Assembly (NCBI GenBank): GCA_965203905.1 | Contig: CBDBDQ010000005.1 | Coordinates: 480,001-544,000, forward strand | Length of the DNA: 64,000 nucleotides | Source: Spirochaetia bacterium | GTDB lineage: Bacteria > Spirochaetota > Spirochaetia > SZUA-6 > Bin103 | Direction of reading: 5' to 3' | Shown: piece by piece, positions 48,245 through 57,910 of the stretch | Numbering within the stretch: position 1 is the stretch's first letter | Layout of the letters: every line of letters starts with the position of its first letter | Made by a program: the position numbers and the translations under genes | Notes under the pieces: model-generated | What the model saw: the letters and a program-made list of their open reading frames with translations, nothing else | What the model was told of the DNA's origin: nothing | Databases searched by the model: none

Positions 48245-48477
48245 GACGCCGGCCGACCGGTCCCTGCTGGACGCTGGTGATCCTGCACCCCTTCATGCTG
48301 CACGCCTCGTCCCACAACCACTCCGGACGGCCGCGCTTCATGTCCAATCCTCCGATCGTGCTGCGCGAGCCGATGCAGTTGCAGCGGGCAACCCTGCACG
48401 CCCTCGGCGTCGACCGCTACGACTTCCAACCCACCGCACCGCGCGAGTCGTACTGGAAGCTCCACCACGCCGCGTAG
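48245..48477 (+). pseudogene. C-terminal remnant of a PhyH-like dioxygenase
   Basis: 'ILHPFMLHASSHNHSGRPRFMSNP' with no N-terminal part. Confidence 0.7.
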
Positions 48478-48562
48478 CCGCGGCGCAGGACACGCTCGCA
48501 CATCATTCGACTACAATCGAAAATATCCATATTTTGCTCAGTTTTTCCGATATAGTCGAAAT

Positions 48563-49822
48563 ATGATCGAGATCCATCGCGAGCACTACCACACTCGACT
48601 GCGCCAATTCCTCGATGCCCCGGTCATCACCGCGGTCACGGGCCTGCGTCGCGTCGGCAAGAGCGTGCTGCTGCGCCAGTTCGCGGCCACGCTGCGCCAC
48701 GAGCGCCAGGTCGTGTACGTCGACATGGAGTCGCTCGAGTTCGACCAGGTGCGCTCGGCGCGCGACCTCGTCGACCTGGTGGAGGCCACCACGCAGCGCG
48801 ACCGGCCGCGGGTGGTGATTATCGACGAGGTGCAGGAGATTGCGGGCTGGGAGCGCGCCGTGGCCTCCCTGAACGGTCAGGAACGCACCCAGGTGGTGGT
48901 CTCGGGATCCAATGCGCAGATGCTCTCGTCGGAGCTCGCCACCCACATCGCCGGGCGCTACGTGACGCTGCAGGTATTCCCCCTCAACCTGGCCGAGTTC
49001 GAAGAGCTGTACCGGCAGCGCACTGGCGCAACGCCGGAGACGGCGGAACTGATCCACCGGTACCTGCGCATCGGCGGACTGCCAGGACTGCTGCACACCG
49101 ATCTGAGCGACCTGGTGATCCAGCAGATGCTCACCGACATCGTCAACACCATCTTCATCCGCGACGTCATTCGGCGCCATCGAATCCGCGACGTTCCGCT
49201 GTTCGAGGCAGTTGCCCGCTTCGCCGTGGACGGCGTGGGCAGCCTGATGTCGGCGAAGCGCATCGCCGACTACCTGAAGAGCCAGCGGCGCTCCGCATCC
49301 GTCGACACCGTGCTGAACTATCTCGCCCATCTCGGCGACGCGTTCCTGCTCAACTCCGTACCACGATTCGACCTGCGCGGCAGGAAGCTGCTGCAGGTGA
49401 ACCCCAAGTACTACCTGGGCGACGTCGGACTGCGTAACGGAATGGTCGGCCACCGGGAGAGCGACATCGGAGGAGTCCTCGAGAACCTGGTCTATTTGGA
49501 GCTCACACGCCGTGGCTACCACGTGACCGTAGGCGCTGCCGGATCGCGCGAGATCGACTTCGTGGCCGAGAACACCTCCGGGCGCTGCTATATACAGGTG
49601 GCCTACCTGCTGGAGTCGCCAGCCACCATCGAGCGTGAGCTGAGCGCCTTCGCCGCGGTCTCCGACGCCTACCCCCGGATTCTGCTCTCCCTCGATCCCC
49701 ATCAACCCGCCGACTTCGCGGGGGTCAGCCATCGCTCGTTGACCGACTTCTTCCGGGGCTGTCCCCTGGATGGTCCGGATGGGGAGTCTCGCGCTCCCGT
49801 ACGGCAGGATCTGATAGATTAG
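48563..49822 (+). CDS. AAA_14 ATPase with DUF4143 (PD-(D/E)XK-like) C-terminus
   Basis: 'GLRRVGKS', 'IDEVQ', 'SGSNA', 'KYYLGDVG', 'EIDFV..IQV'. Confidence 0.92.
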   Translation: MIEIHREHYHTRLRQFLDAPVITAVTGLRRVGKSVLLRQFAATLRHERQVVYVDMESLEFDQVRSARDLVDLVEATTQRDRPRVVIIDEVQEIAGWERAVASLNGQERTQVVVSGSNAQMLSSELATHIAGRYVTLQVFPLNLAEFEELYRQRTGATPETAELIHRYLRIGGLPGLLHTDLSDLVIQQMLTDIVNTIFIRDVIRRHRIRDVPLFEAVARFAVDGVGSLMSAKRIADYLKSQRRSASVDTVLNYLAHLGDAFLLNSVPRFDLRGRKLLQVNPKYYLGDVGLRNGMVGHRESDIGGVLENLVYLELTRRGYHVTVGAAGSREIDFVAENTSGRCYIQVAYLLESPATIERELSAFAAVSDAYPRILLSLDPHQPADFAGVSHRSLTDFFRGCPLDGPDGESRAPVRQDLID

Positions 49823-49829
49823 CAGGGCG

Positions 49830-50993
49830 ATGCGCCTCACTCACCTCACGCTGAGGAACTGGCGGAACTTCAAGCAGGCGGACTTCGACATGCAGGACCG
49901 GATGTTCGTCATCGGCCCCAACGCATCCGGCAAATCCAATCTGCTGGACGCACTGCGGTTTCTCCGGCAGGTCGCGTCACCCGGCGGTGGCTTCCAGAAC
50001 GCAGTGGTGACACGGGGAGGCATGTCTCGAGTGCGCTGTCTCGCCGCCAGGAACTTCAACCACAGCCACGCCACCATGGGAGTTACCATCGGCGACGACG
50101 AACGACCCTCCCGATGGTCATACCAGATCACCTTCACGGCCGAGTCGCGCGGTCGCCATCGCCCGATTCTCAGAAGCGAGACTGTCGAGAGAGACGGCGA
50201 GACTGTCCTCCGGCGGCCAACCACGGAAGACACCGACGATCCCGAGCGGATGACGCAGACACACCTGGAGCAGGTCAACGCCAACCGCGAATTCCGCGAG
50301 ATCGTCGACTACCTGGGGTCGATCCGATACCTGCATCTGGTTCCGCAGTTGATCCGCGAGCCGGACCGCGGCGGCGACCGCAGCGACGATCCCTACGGTG
50401 CCGACTTCCTGCTCAGGATGGCCAAGACGCCAGCGCGGACACGCACTCGCAGGCTGCACCGGATCAGCCAATCCCTTAGACTGGCGGTCCCTCAGTTGGA
50501 CCAGCTTGACCTGGTTCAGGACGAGATCGGTCACTGGCACTTGCAGGCACGTTACGAACATTGGCGGCCGCAACCTGCCAGACAGAACGAGCAGGATTTT
50601 TCGGACGGTACGCTACGCTTGATAGGCCTGCTGTGGTCGCTGCTCGAAGGCAGGAGAAACGCAGGGCCGGTGCTGCTGGAAGAGCCGGAGCTGTCCCTGC
50701 ACTCGTCGGTGGTCCGGCAGCTTCCGACGATTCTCGCCCGGATTCGCAGGGCCGGCGGTCCGCAGGTTCTGCTGACGACGCACGCAACGGACATCCTGCA
50801 AGACCCGGGTCTCGGCAAGGATGAGGTCGTGCTCCTGACGCCGGAAGCGGAAGGCACGGAGGCCGAGGCGGCTGGCTCGATTCCAGACATCCAGGCGCTG
50901 CTCGACGCGGGCATGAGTCTGGCGGACATTCTCGCCCCGAGAACCGCGCCGCCGGAGGTGCATGATCTTCCCAACCGTCTCGCACCCGCATGA
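49830..50993 (+). CDS. AAA_21/SMC-like ABC ATPase
   Basis: 'GPNASGKSN', 'FSDGTLR', 'LLEEPELSLH', 'TTH'. Confidence 0.9.
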   Translation: MRLTHLTLRNWRNFKQADFDMQDRMFVIGPNASGKSNLLDALRFLRQVASPGGGFQNAVVTRGGMSRVRCLAARNFNHSHATMGVTIGDDERPSRWSYQITFTAESRGRHRPILRSETVERDGETVLRRPTTEDTDDPERMTQTHLEQVNANREFREIVDYLGSIRYLHLVPQLIREPDRGGDRSDDPYGADFLLRMAKTPARTRTRRLHRISQSLRLAVPQLDQLDLVQDEIGHWHLQARYEHWRPQPARQNEQDFSDGTLRLIGLLWSLLEGRRNAGPVLLEEPELSLHSSVVRQLPTILARIRRAGGPQVLLTTHATDILQDPGLGKDEVVLLTPEAEGTEAEAAGSIPDIQALLDAGMSLADILAPRTAPPEVHDLPNRLAPA

Positions 50994-51069
50994 CGGTGGT
51001 GTCGCGAATGGAATCTGGTAGTCCGTCCGCGTCCGAAACCCGTTGTCATCCAGGTGGTATGCTGTGGGG

Positions 51070-51837
51070 GTGGTAACGCGTGAGACTGCGGCCCTGGTAC
51101 GCGAGGCGGTCGTGGCCGCGGTGGACCCGCTGGAGATCATCCTCTTCGGGTCGGTAGCGGTCGCTGCGCAGGGCAACGACCTCGATGTGCTCGTGGTGAC
51201 GGACCGCCGCGACGATTCGGCGGCGACGGATGGCGACCTGCGCTCGGCGCTGCGGCCTCTCAAGCGCCGGTTCGAGATCGACGACTACCATCTGACCCAC
51301 ACCCAGTTCGCTCGACAGCTCCGCCGCGGAAGCGTGTTCTTGCGCAAGATCGTCAGCGAGGGGATCTGCATCTACATGAGAGACGGGATCAAGGCATGGC
51401 GCCGGCAGACCGAGGAAGAACTCGCCACCGCGGAGTACCTGCTGGCGGGGGACTTCATTCGTGGTGCGTGCTGTCACGCGCAGCAATGCGTCGAGAAGTC
51501 GCTCATGACGATGCTGCTGGAACGCGGCTGGGAGCTGGAGAAGATTCACGGCATTCACCGTTTGACCGTCGTCGCTCAGGATCACGGCGTTCCGGTCAAG
51601 TTGCAGCCGACTGACGTCGATTTCATCGATGAGATCTACCGTGGCAGGTACCCGGCCGAGTCGGGTCTCCTCCCTCTGGGTACCCCGACCCGCGAAGATG
51701 CCGAACGGGCGGTCGCGCTTGCCCGCAACAGCGTGCAGGAGATGAGCGCGTTCCTGGCGGCCGGCGAACAGCCAGCGGACGACATGCCGCCAGCCGATGC
51801 CGACCTGCCGGACCAAGACACCGACGTATCAGGCTGA
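51070..51837 (+). CDS. Fused minimal nucleotidyltransferase (MNT) and HEPN domain protein
   Basis: 'IILFGS..DLDVLVV', then 'ACCHAQQCVEKSL..KIHGI..RYP'. Confidence 0.85.
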   Translation: MVTRETAALVREAVVAAVDPLEIILFGSVAVAAQGNDLDVLVVTDRRDDSAATDGDLRSALRPLKRRFEIDDYHLTHTQFARQLRRGSVFLRKIVSEGICIYMRDGIKAWRRQTEEELATAEYLLAGDFIRGACCHAQQCVEKSLMTMLLERGWELEKIHGIHRLTVVAQDHGVPVKLQPTDVDFIDEIYRGRYPAESGLLPLGTPTREDAERAVALARNSVQEMSAFLAAGEQPADDMPPADADLPDQDTDVSG

Positions 51838-51963
51838 GCTTCGCGGTAATTATGCCGGCTCTTTACCGGCACCGGGTTTGTACGCAGGGCCACTCCGTGG
51901 CGCCAGAGACCATGAATCGGAACACGTGATTCGTCTGCTGGACATGTATGCGGGATAGGCGTC

Positions 51964-52749
51964 ATGGTTGCAGGCGTGAAGCACAACACCATGAAGCGCA
52001 AGATGCTGGCGGGCCAGCCGGTGGTGGGAGCCGAGTTGGCGCTCGGCTGTCCCGTGATCGGCGAGATGTTCTCGCTGGCCGGATTCGATTTCGTGCAGGT
52101 GGATTGCCAGCACGGGATGTGGAACGACAGCACCGCGTTCGAGGCCTTCCATCACATCTGCCTGGGGCCGGCGACGCCGTCGGTACGGGTGCCGGACAAC
52201 GACTACGCCGGAATCGGCCGGCTGCTGGACCGCGGCGCCCTGAGCATCATCGTGCCGATGGTCAACAGCCCCGAGGAGGCGCAGCGCGCGGCGCGGGCGG
52301 TGCGCTACCCGCCGCGTGGATCCCGCTCCGGCGGCGGCCCCGTCGGCTACCTGACCTACGGCGGCGATTACGCCACCAGCGCCAACGACGAGGTCCTGCT
52401 GATGGTCCAGATCGAGACCGAGCGCGCGGCGCAGGCGGCGGCCGAGATCCTCGGCGTCGACGGCGTGGACGGCTGCATGATCGGACCGGCCGACCTGAGC
52501 CGCAGCATGGGCCTCGACCTGAGTCAGCCTGCCGACCGGGAGCGCCATGCGCAGACGATCCGCCAGATCCGCGATGACTGCATTCGGGTCGGCAAGCTGC
52601 CCGGCATCGCCACCGGCGGCCGGGCAGCCGAGCAGTACCTCAAGGAGGGCTACCTGTTCGTGCTGGCGCTGGGGGATTACGGGCTGATCGCTGAAGGCGG
52701 ACGCGAGGCGCTGCAGTGGATCAACGAGGTGCGCGCCGCGAGCTCGTAG
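51964..52749 (+). CDS. HpcH/HpaI aldolase family
   Basis: 'VDCQHG', 'VQIET', 'IGPADL'. Confidence 0.92.
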   Translation: MVAGVKHNTMKRKMLAGQPVVGAELALGCPVIGEMFSLAGFDFVQVDCQHGMWNDSTAFEAFHHICLGPATPSVRVPDNDYAGIGRLLDRGALSIIVPMVNSPEEAQRAARAVRYPPRGSRSGGGPVGYLTYGGDYATSANDEVLLMVQIETERAAQAAAEILGVDGVDGCMIGPADLSRSMGLDLSQPADRERHAQTIRQIRDDCIRVGKLPGIATGGRAAEQYLKEGYLFVLALGDYGLIAEGGREALQWINEVRAASS

Positions 52750-52849
52750 CGCCCGCAACCGCCGCCGCTGGCGCCGCTTTTTCGCCCAGCCTCACCTACC
52801 GGCAGGCCCTCGTCGGGTGAACCCGACAAGCTCCTGTCGCGGCCGCGCT

Positions 52850-53701
52850 TCAGAAGCGCGGCGCCTGAAATGGGCCGGCGGCTTCGCCGCGGAGCAGCCG
52901 CGCCGCGTACTCCCACTCGAACGGCGACTCGAGGAAGCGCCGGCGTCCGTTGCGTACGTCGAAGCCGATGCCGGCGGCCTGCGGGAAGTGGCTGTAGATC
53001 ATCAGCCGCCGCGGCCGACCGGAGCCGTTGCCCCGGGAGTTGTGCACCAGCAGCACGTGGAACAGCATCACCGATCCCGCCGGAGCGAGGATGTCCTGTC
53101 CACCCTGGAGGTCGATCAGGTCGGCGCGCACCTGGATGTCGCCGTCCGGCAGCCGCTCGTGCTCCAGGTGGGCGGCGTGGCTGCCGGGCCATACCCGCAG
53201 CGGTCCCGACTCCGGCGTGCAGTCGTCCATCGACACCGCGGACGAGATGATGCTCTGCGGGTAGTTCTGGGCCTTGTAGTAGGCCCAGTCGCTGTGCACG
53301 GGGAAGTGGGTGTCGGCACGTGACGGCCGCAGGCCGGGCAGCGGCTCGGGGAGCGGTTCCTTGTAGTTGAGCTTCTCCTCCATCAGCACCGGCTCGTCGC
53401 CCATGATCTGCTGCATCGGTCCCAGCAGGCGCTCGTCCGCCACCACCTCGCTCAGGTAGAGGGAGAGGTCGTTGATCGGCTGGATCTTGCGCACCATCTG
53501 GCGGCCCGATTCGTCCTGCGTCAGGTCGAGGCGACCGCTGGTACGGCCCAGGACCAGCGAGGAGTTGATCACCAGCTCCAGGATGCGATCCGCCTCGCAA
53601 CGCATGCGCGCCACTTCCGCAGCGTCGAAGACCTCCGGCAGCACCAGGTAGCCCCGCTCCGCGAACTGCGCGAGCTGTGCCGCATCGAGTGGGGGAGACA
53701 T
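52850..53701 (-). CDS. PhyH-family dioxygenase
   Basis: 'VHSDWAYY', 'VHNSRGN..RR'. Confidence 0.9.
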   Translation of the reverse strand: MSPPLDAAQLAQFAERGYLVLPEVFDAAEVARMRCEADRILELVINSSLVLGRTSGRLDLTQDESGRQMVRKIQPINDLSLYLSEVVADERLLGPMQQIMGDEPVLMEEKLNYKEPLPEPLPGLRPSRADTHFPVHSDWAYYKAQNYPQSIISSAVSMDDCTPESGPLRVWPGSHAAHLEHERLPDGDIQVRADLIDLQGGQDILAPAGSVMLFHVLLVHNSRGNGSGRPRRLMIYSHFPQAAGIGFDVRNGRRRFLESPFEWEYAARLLRGEAAGPFQAPRF

Positions 53702-53745
53702 ACGCGCAGCATAGCGCGCCGGCGCCGGCCGCGTATAATGGGGCG

Positions 53746-55110
53746 GTAACGCTCACGGTGTGGACGACCGCCAACGTCGAGGCGTTTCCCGACGGACAGA
53801 ACGAGAACAACAACGAGATCCACTCGTTTCTGCAGGAACAGACCGGCTACCAGCTCAACTGGCTGATCGGATCGCGGGAGGACCAGCTCGCCAAGCTGAG
53901 CCTGCTGATCGCCTCCGGCGACCCGCCCGATCTGATGACGCCGCTGCCACCCTCCTTCTTCGGCGAGCTGATCGAGCAGCGCGTGCTGCTGCCCCTGGAC
54001 GACCTGATCGACTCGCACGGCCAAGTATTCAACACCATCGTACCGGAGAGCCTGTGGGCCTCGGCGAAGGCTGGCGGACAGATCTTCGGCGTGCCGCAGG
54101 AAGGAGCCGTGCAGTCCCACGGCGGCCCGCTGATGCGCCAGGACTGGCTCCAGGAGGCGGGTCTGGAGCCGCCGGTCACGGTGGAGGACTACGTCAACGT
54201 GCTGCGCGCGTTCAAGCGCAACCATCCCGACTCCATTCCGATGACCGGGAACGCATGGGGCGTGCGTGGCGGCATTTCGCCGTTCTGCGGCTACTACGGG
54301 GCCTGCACGACCTTCATCGAACGCGACGGCAAGGTAGTGGACACGCGCGTGGAGCCCGAGACCAGGGAAATGCTGGCGCTGCTGCGCGGCCTGGTGGAGG
54401 AAGGACTGCTGGATCAGGAGTACGTGATCAACAAGGGGCAGCAGATCAACGAGAAGGTCGCCAGCGGCAAGGTGGGCATGTGGTCCTCCAGTCCGTGGTC
54501 GCTGCGCGATCTGTTGCCCGCCTTCGAGGAGAACAACCCCGGCGCCAAGTACCTCTTCATCGCGCCGGCGGTCGACCGCCAGGGACAGGCCGGGGTGCGG
54601 CAGCGCGAGCCGGTACGGGGCTTCAGCGTGATCGCGATCGATTCCGAGCACCCGGAGGAGGCGATGGACTTCCTGGCGCAGTACGCAGGACGCGAAGACA
54701 TTCAGGACTTCGTTTCCTACGGCATCGAGAATGTCCACTACACGGTGCGGGAGGACGGGCTGAAGGAGGTCACGCCGGAGGCGGAGACCCGCAAGTACAA
54801 CATCTACTACGTAGCCTGGAACACGGTGCAGGGGCACCTGGACCGGGCCAAGCTCAAGCACTACTGGCCGGTGTACGAGCCCACCTTCAAGTACTCGCTG
54901 TACCCGGAGATCGTCGCCTACGCGCCGCCCATCAAGGCCTACGAGCAGGTCAAGCAGAGCCTGACCGACCTCACCAACGAGACCTTCGACAAGATCATTC
55001 TCGGCCAGCTCCCCGTGGCGGCGTTCGACGACTACGTGCAGCATTGGGAGAAGCTCGGCGGCGCCACCGCCCTGAAGGCGGTCGCGGACTGGTGGGCATC
55101 GGTCCAGTAG
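53746..55110 (+). CDS. ABC solute-binding protein lacking a signal peptide (N-truncated or non-canonical start)
   Basis: 'LIASGDPPD', 'MRQDWL', 'FDDYVQHWEKLGG'; no hydrophobic leader. Confidence 0.75.
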   Translation, partial: VTLTVWTTANVEAFPDGQNENNNEIHSFLQEQTGYQLNWLIGSREDQLAKLSLLIASGDPPDLMTPLPPSFFGELIEQRVLLPLDDLIDSHGQVFNTIVPESLWASAKAGGQIFGVPQEGAVQSHGGPLMRQDWLQEAGLEPPVTVEDYVNVLRAFKRNHPDSIPMTGNAWGVRGGISPFCGYYGACTTFIERDGKVVDTRVEPETREMLALLRGLVEEGLLDQEYVINKGQQINEKVASGKVGMWSSSPWSLRDLLPAFEENNPGAKYLFIAPAVDRQGQAGVRQREPVRGFSVIAIDSEHPEEAMDFLAQYAGREDIQDFVSYGIENVHYTVREDGLKEVTPEAETRKYNIYYVAWNTVQGHLDRAKLKHYWPVYEPTFKYSLYPEIVAYAPPIKAYEQVKQSLTDLTNETFDKIILGQLPVAAFDDYVQHWEKLGGATALKAVADWWASVQ

Positions 55111-55114
55111 GCCG

Positions 55115-55897
55115 GTGAGCGATGGCCCGCTGTCGGAGGAGCAGGTAGCCGGCTACCGCGAACGCGGCTACCTGCTGCTGCGCGGCCTGTTCGACGGCGC
55201 CGACGTGGCGCGCTGGCAGTCGGAGTGCGACCGCCTGCTCGCCGTCGGCGCCGCCGCCGACCCCTACGACATGCGCGTCGGACGGCGCGACGTCGACGGC
55301 GAGGCGGTGGTGGAGCGCTTCGACCCGGTGCAGGACGTCTCTCCCGTGTTCCACGATCTGGCCCGCGACCGGCGCCTGCTCGGAGGGCTCTCCCAGCTCC
55401 TCGGTGATACCCCGCTCCTGTTCAAGGACAAGCTGATCTTCAAGCTGCCGGGCATGAGCGGCTACACCATGCACCAGGATGGCGCCTGGTGGGCGGGCTT
55501 CCCGATCACGGAGATCCTCACGGCAATGGTGGCGATCGACTCCGCCGGCGCCGACAACGGCGGCCTGGAACTGTTCGCCGGCTACCACCACGAGCTGCTG
55601 TCCGTCCCCGGCGAGTTGCGCAATCTGACGGCCGACGAGGCGGGGCAGGTGCGCGAGGCGGATGGCACCCTGCTGGAGACCGAACCGGGCGACCTGCTGT
55701 TGTTCTCGGCGCGGACCCCGCACCGCAGCGGCACCAATTCCGGCAGCCGCAGCCGCCGCCAGCTCTACCTCACCTATTCGGCGGCCCGCCACGGCGACCT
55801 GTACGCGGCCCACTACCGCCACTACCACCGCTACAGCCTGAAGCACAAGGACCCCGACGAACGCGAGCGCTACTACCACCCATTGATTGCGCGCTGA
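55115..55897 (+). CDS. PhyH-family dioxygenase
   Basis: 'FKDKLIFK', 'HQD', 'HRSGTN..RR'. Confidence 0.9.
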   Translation: MSDGPLSEEQVAGYRERGYLLLRGLFDGADVARWQSECDRLLAVGAAADPYDMRVGRRDVDGEAVVERFDPVQDVSPVFHDLARDRRLLGGLSQLLGDTPLLFKDKLIFKLPGMSGYTMHQDGAWWAGFPITEILTAMVAIDSAGADNGGLELFAGYHHELLSVPGELRNLTADEAGQVREADGTLLETEPGDLLLFSARTPHRSGTNSGSRSRRQLYLTYSAARHGDLYAAHYRHYHRYSLKHKDPDERERYYHPLIAR

Positions 55898-55923
55898 TCC
55901 GAGGCTTGTTGATCGGGCCCCAG

Positions 55924-56700
55924 CTAAGTGCCGAACACCGCTCGAAATCGCGCCATTGCGTCGTGATCGTCGGCTGAGGGAAACGCCTCCATGCCGATCA
56001 CGCCCTCGTACCCGACCTCGCGCAGCACTGACGCGATGTGCGGGTAGTCGATCTCGCCCGTGCCCGGCTCATGTCGGCCGGGTACGTCCGCCACATGAAC
56101 GTAACCCACGTACGCGTGGTAGTCGCGGATCAGCTGCGTGACGTTACCTTCTTCGATCTGCGCGTGATAGACGTCGCACAGCAGGCGGATGCGCGGGCTG
56201 CCCACCTGCTCGATCAACCGCACCACGTCCTCCGTGTGTGGCAAGGGGTAGCCGCCATGGTCGACCTTGGTGTTGAGCTGTTCCAGGCTGTAGACGACAT
56301 CGTGGCGCTCGGCCAGCTCGGCGACCTGCGACAGGGTCTTGTACGCGGTGATCCACATGGTGGCCGGATGCTCGGCAATCGCATGCACGACATGCCCCTG
56401 TGCGTCGAGCTCGCCGGTCGTGATGCTGAGGTTGCGGCAGTGGAGCCTCTGCGCGACCTCCAGATTCTGCTGCACGCCGTCCAGAAACTCCGTGACGCCG
56501 TCGGGGTGCACCATGCTGCCGCCACCCCAGCCGGGGACTGCGCAGATACGTATCTCGGGATCGGCGGCTATCACGTCGATGGCGCTGTCCTCCCAGCCCC
56601 AGAGATCCACGCCGAATCCGGCGTGGGCAATCTCCTGCACTCGCTGCAGAAACGGCAGATGGCGCAGCACCGTCCCCTCACATACTGAAAGTTGGAACAT
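55924..56700 (-). CDS. Hydroxypyruvate isomerase-like TIM barrel protein
   Basis: 'DVYHAQIEEG', 'HVADVPGRHEPGTGEI'. Confidence 0.9.
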   Translation of the reverse strand: MFQLSVCEGTVLRHLPFLQRVQEIAHAGFGVDLWGWEDSAIDVIAADPEIRICAVPGWGGGSMVHPDGVTEFLDGVQQNLEVAQRLHCRNLSITTGELDAQGHVVHAIAEHPATMWITAYKTLSQVAELAERHDVVYSLEQLNTKVDHGGYPLPHTEDVVRLIEQVGSPRIRLLCDVYHAQIEEGNVTQLIRDYHAYVGYVHVADVPGRHEPGTGEIDYPHIASVLREVGYEGVIGMEAFPSADDHDAMARFRAVFGT

Positions 56701-56821
56701 CGTGCGTCGCACTGTAGCTCAAATTGCGGGCTCGTTCAGCGGCGGTCGTCAACGGATCGAGCGACCGACGCGGCGTACCCGGCCCACACCTACCACAGCA
56801 GCGACCAGAATCATCACCGAC

Positions 56822-57712
56822 TCACGTCGCGAGAGCTTCCCGAAAGACGCTTTGAAACGCTTCGAACGGCACTCGTAGATCGATGTTCTGGCAGTCGATC
56901 GCCAGAGGGGAGGTGTTGCCATCGGTAAATGTCCACTGGATCGGCCATTCGAAGTGCCACAAGCGAAGCGACCGGTAGTATTTCGCCAACAGCGCATCGG
57001 TGCGCTCGTTGCGTGAGCCACTGGGATAGGCGAAATGATTGGGCAGGAAGCCGAGGCGCTCCTGAAACCGATCATTGGATGTTTGCACTTCCCATAGCAC
57101 GCCCTCGTCGCCACTCGCCGAGTGTCTGTCAACGAGCTTGCAGTGGGTCGCGGTGTGAGCGCCGATTTCCCAACCTGAGTCGTAGAGTCGTCCCACCTGA
57201 TCCCATGTCATGAAGGGGTTCTCGACGACCCCTTCGGTGAGTGTGCGGACCGTGGCAGCCTCGCCTTGGGATGCGGCTTCGACCCCGTCCGTGATTGGGA
57301 AACAGGTAGCAACCATGCCCAATCGGTGCAAGATGGGTAGGGTGACTGTGAGTGTATCAAGCCAACCGTTGTCGAAGTTCAGCACGAGAGCCTTGTCGGG
57401 AAGGGCAGCGTCAGCAGTGAGCCATTCGACCATCTGTGTGGTCGAAACCACCTGCCAACCCGCGTCCGCGACGTACTGCATCTGACGGAGAAACTGAGAC
57501 TCGGCGACCACGCCCGCCCCGGATTCACGGGCTGACTGCTTCAGTTCCGGGGCATCGTCGTGATAGACGTGATGGTAGACGAGAATGGGAACACGCCGTC
57601 GTCGCCTCGACCCGCGCTCCTCGCGCGAACCCGAGCGGGTCCAATCCGCTCGCGCACTCGGATGTCTCCTGGCGAGGTGGCGGGGGTCGCTCCGATCTTC
57701 CTCAGGTGCCAT
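56822..57712 (-). CDS. Polysaccharide deacetylase; start uncertain
   Basis: 'PILVYHH', 'LNFDNG', 'IGAHTATH', 'FAYPSG'. Confidence 0.85.
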   Translation of the reverse strand: MAPEEDRSDPRHLARRHPSARADWTRSGSREERGSRRRRRVPILVYHHVYHDDAPELKQSARESGAGVVAESQFLRQMQYVADAGWQVVSTTQMVEWLTADAALPDKALVLNFDNGWLDTLTVTLPILHRLGMVATCFPITDGVEAASQGEAATVRTLTEGVVENPFMTWDQVGRLYDSGWEIGAHTATHCKLVDRHSASGDEGVLWEVQTSNDRFQERLGFLPNHFAYPSGSRNERTDALLAKYYRSLRLWHFEWPIQWTFTDGNTSPLAIDCQNIDLRVPFEAFQSVFREALAT

Positions 57713-57799
57713 GCGTGGATCTCATCAAAAAAGGGGGCAGCTCCATCCCGATCTTGCCACGAGCGCATCTTACACGCGCGCTTCGAGTTGTGATAGCGG

Positions 57800-57875
57800 A
57801 ACGATATCGACCGCTCATTTTGTCCTCCAGGCGGCCACGAGATGAAGGCCATCGCGGTGATCCAGGACCCCGTAG
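57800..57875 (+). mobile_element. Scar resembling an IS91-family transposase C-terminus
   Basis: 'GHEMKAIAVIQDP' (57833-57871) preceded by a degenerate 'ID-PLI'. Confidence 0.45.
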
Positions 57876-57910
57876 CCCAGTATCAGGAAACCAGGGGAGC
57901 CTGATCGAAG

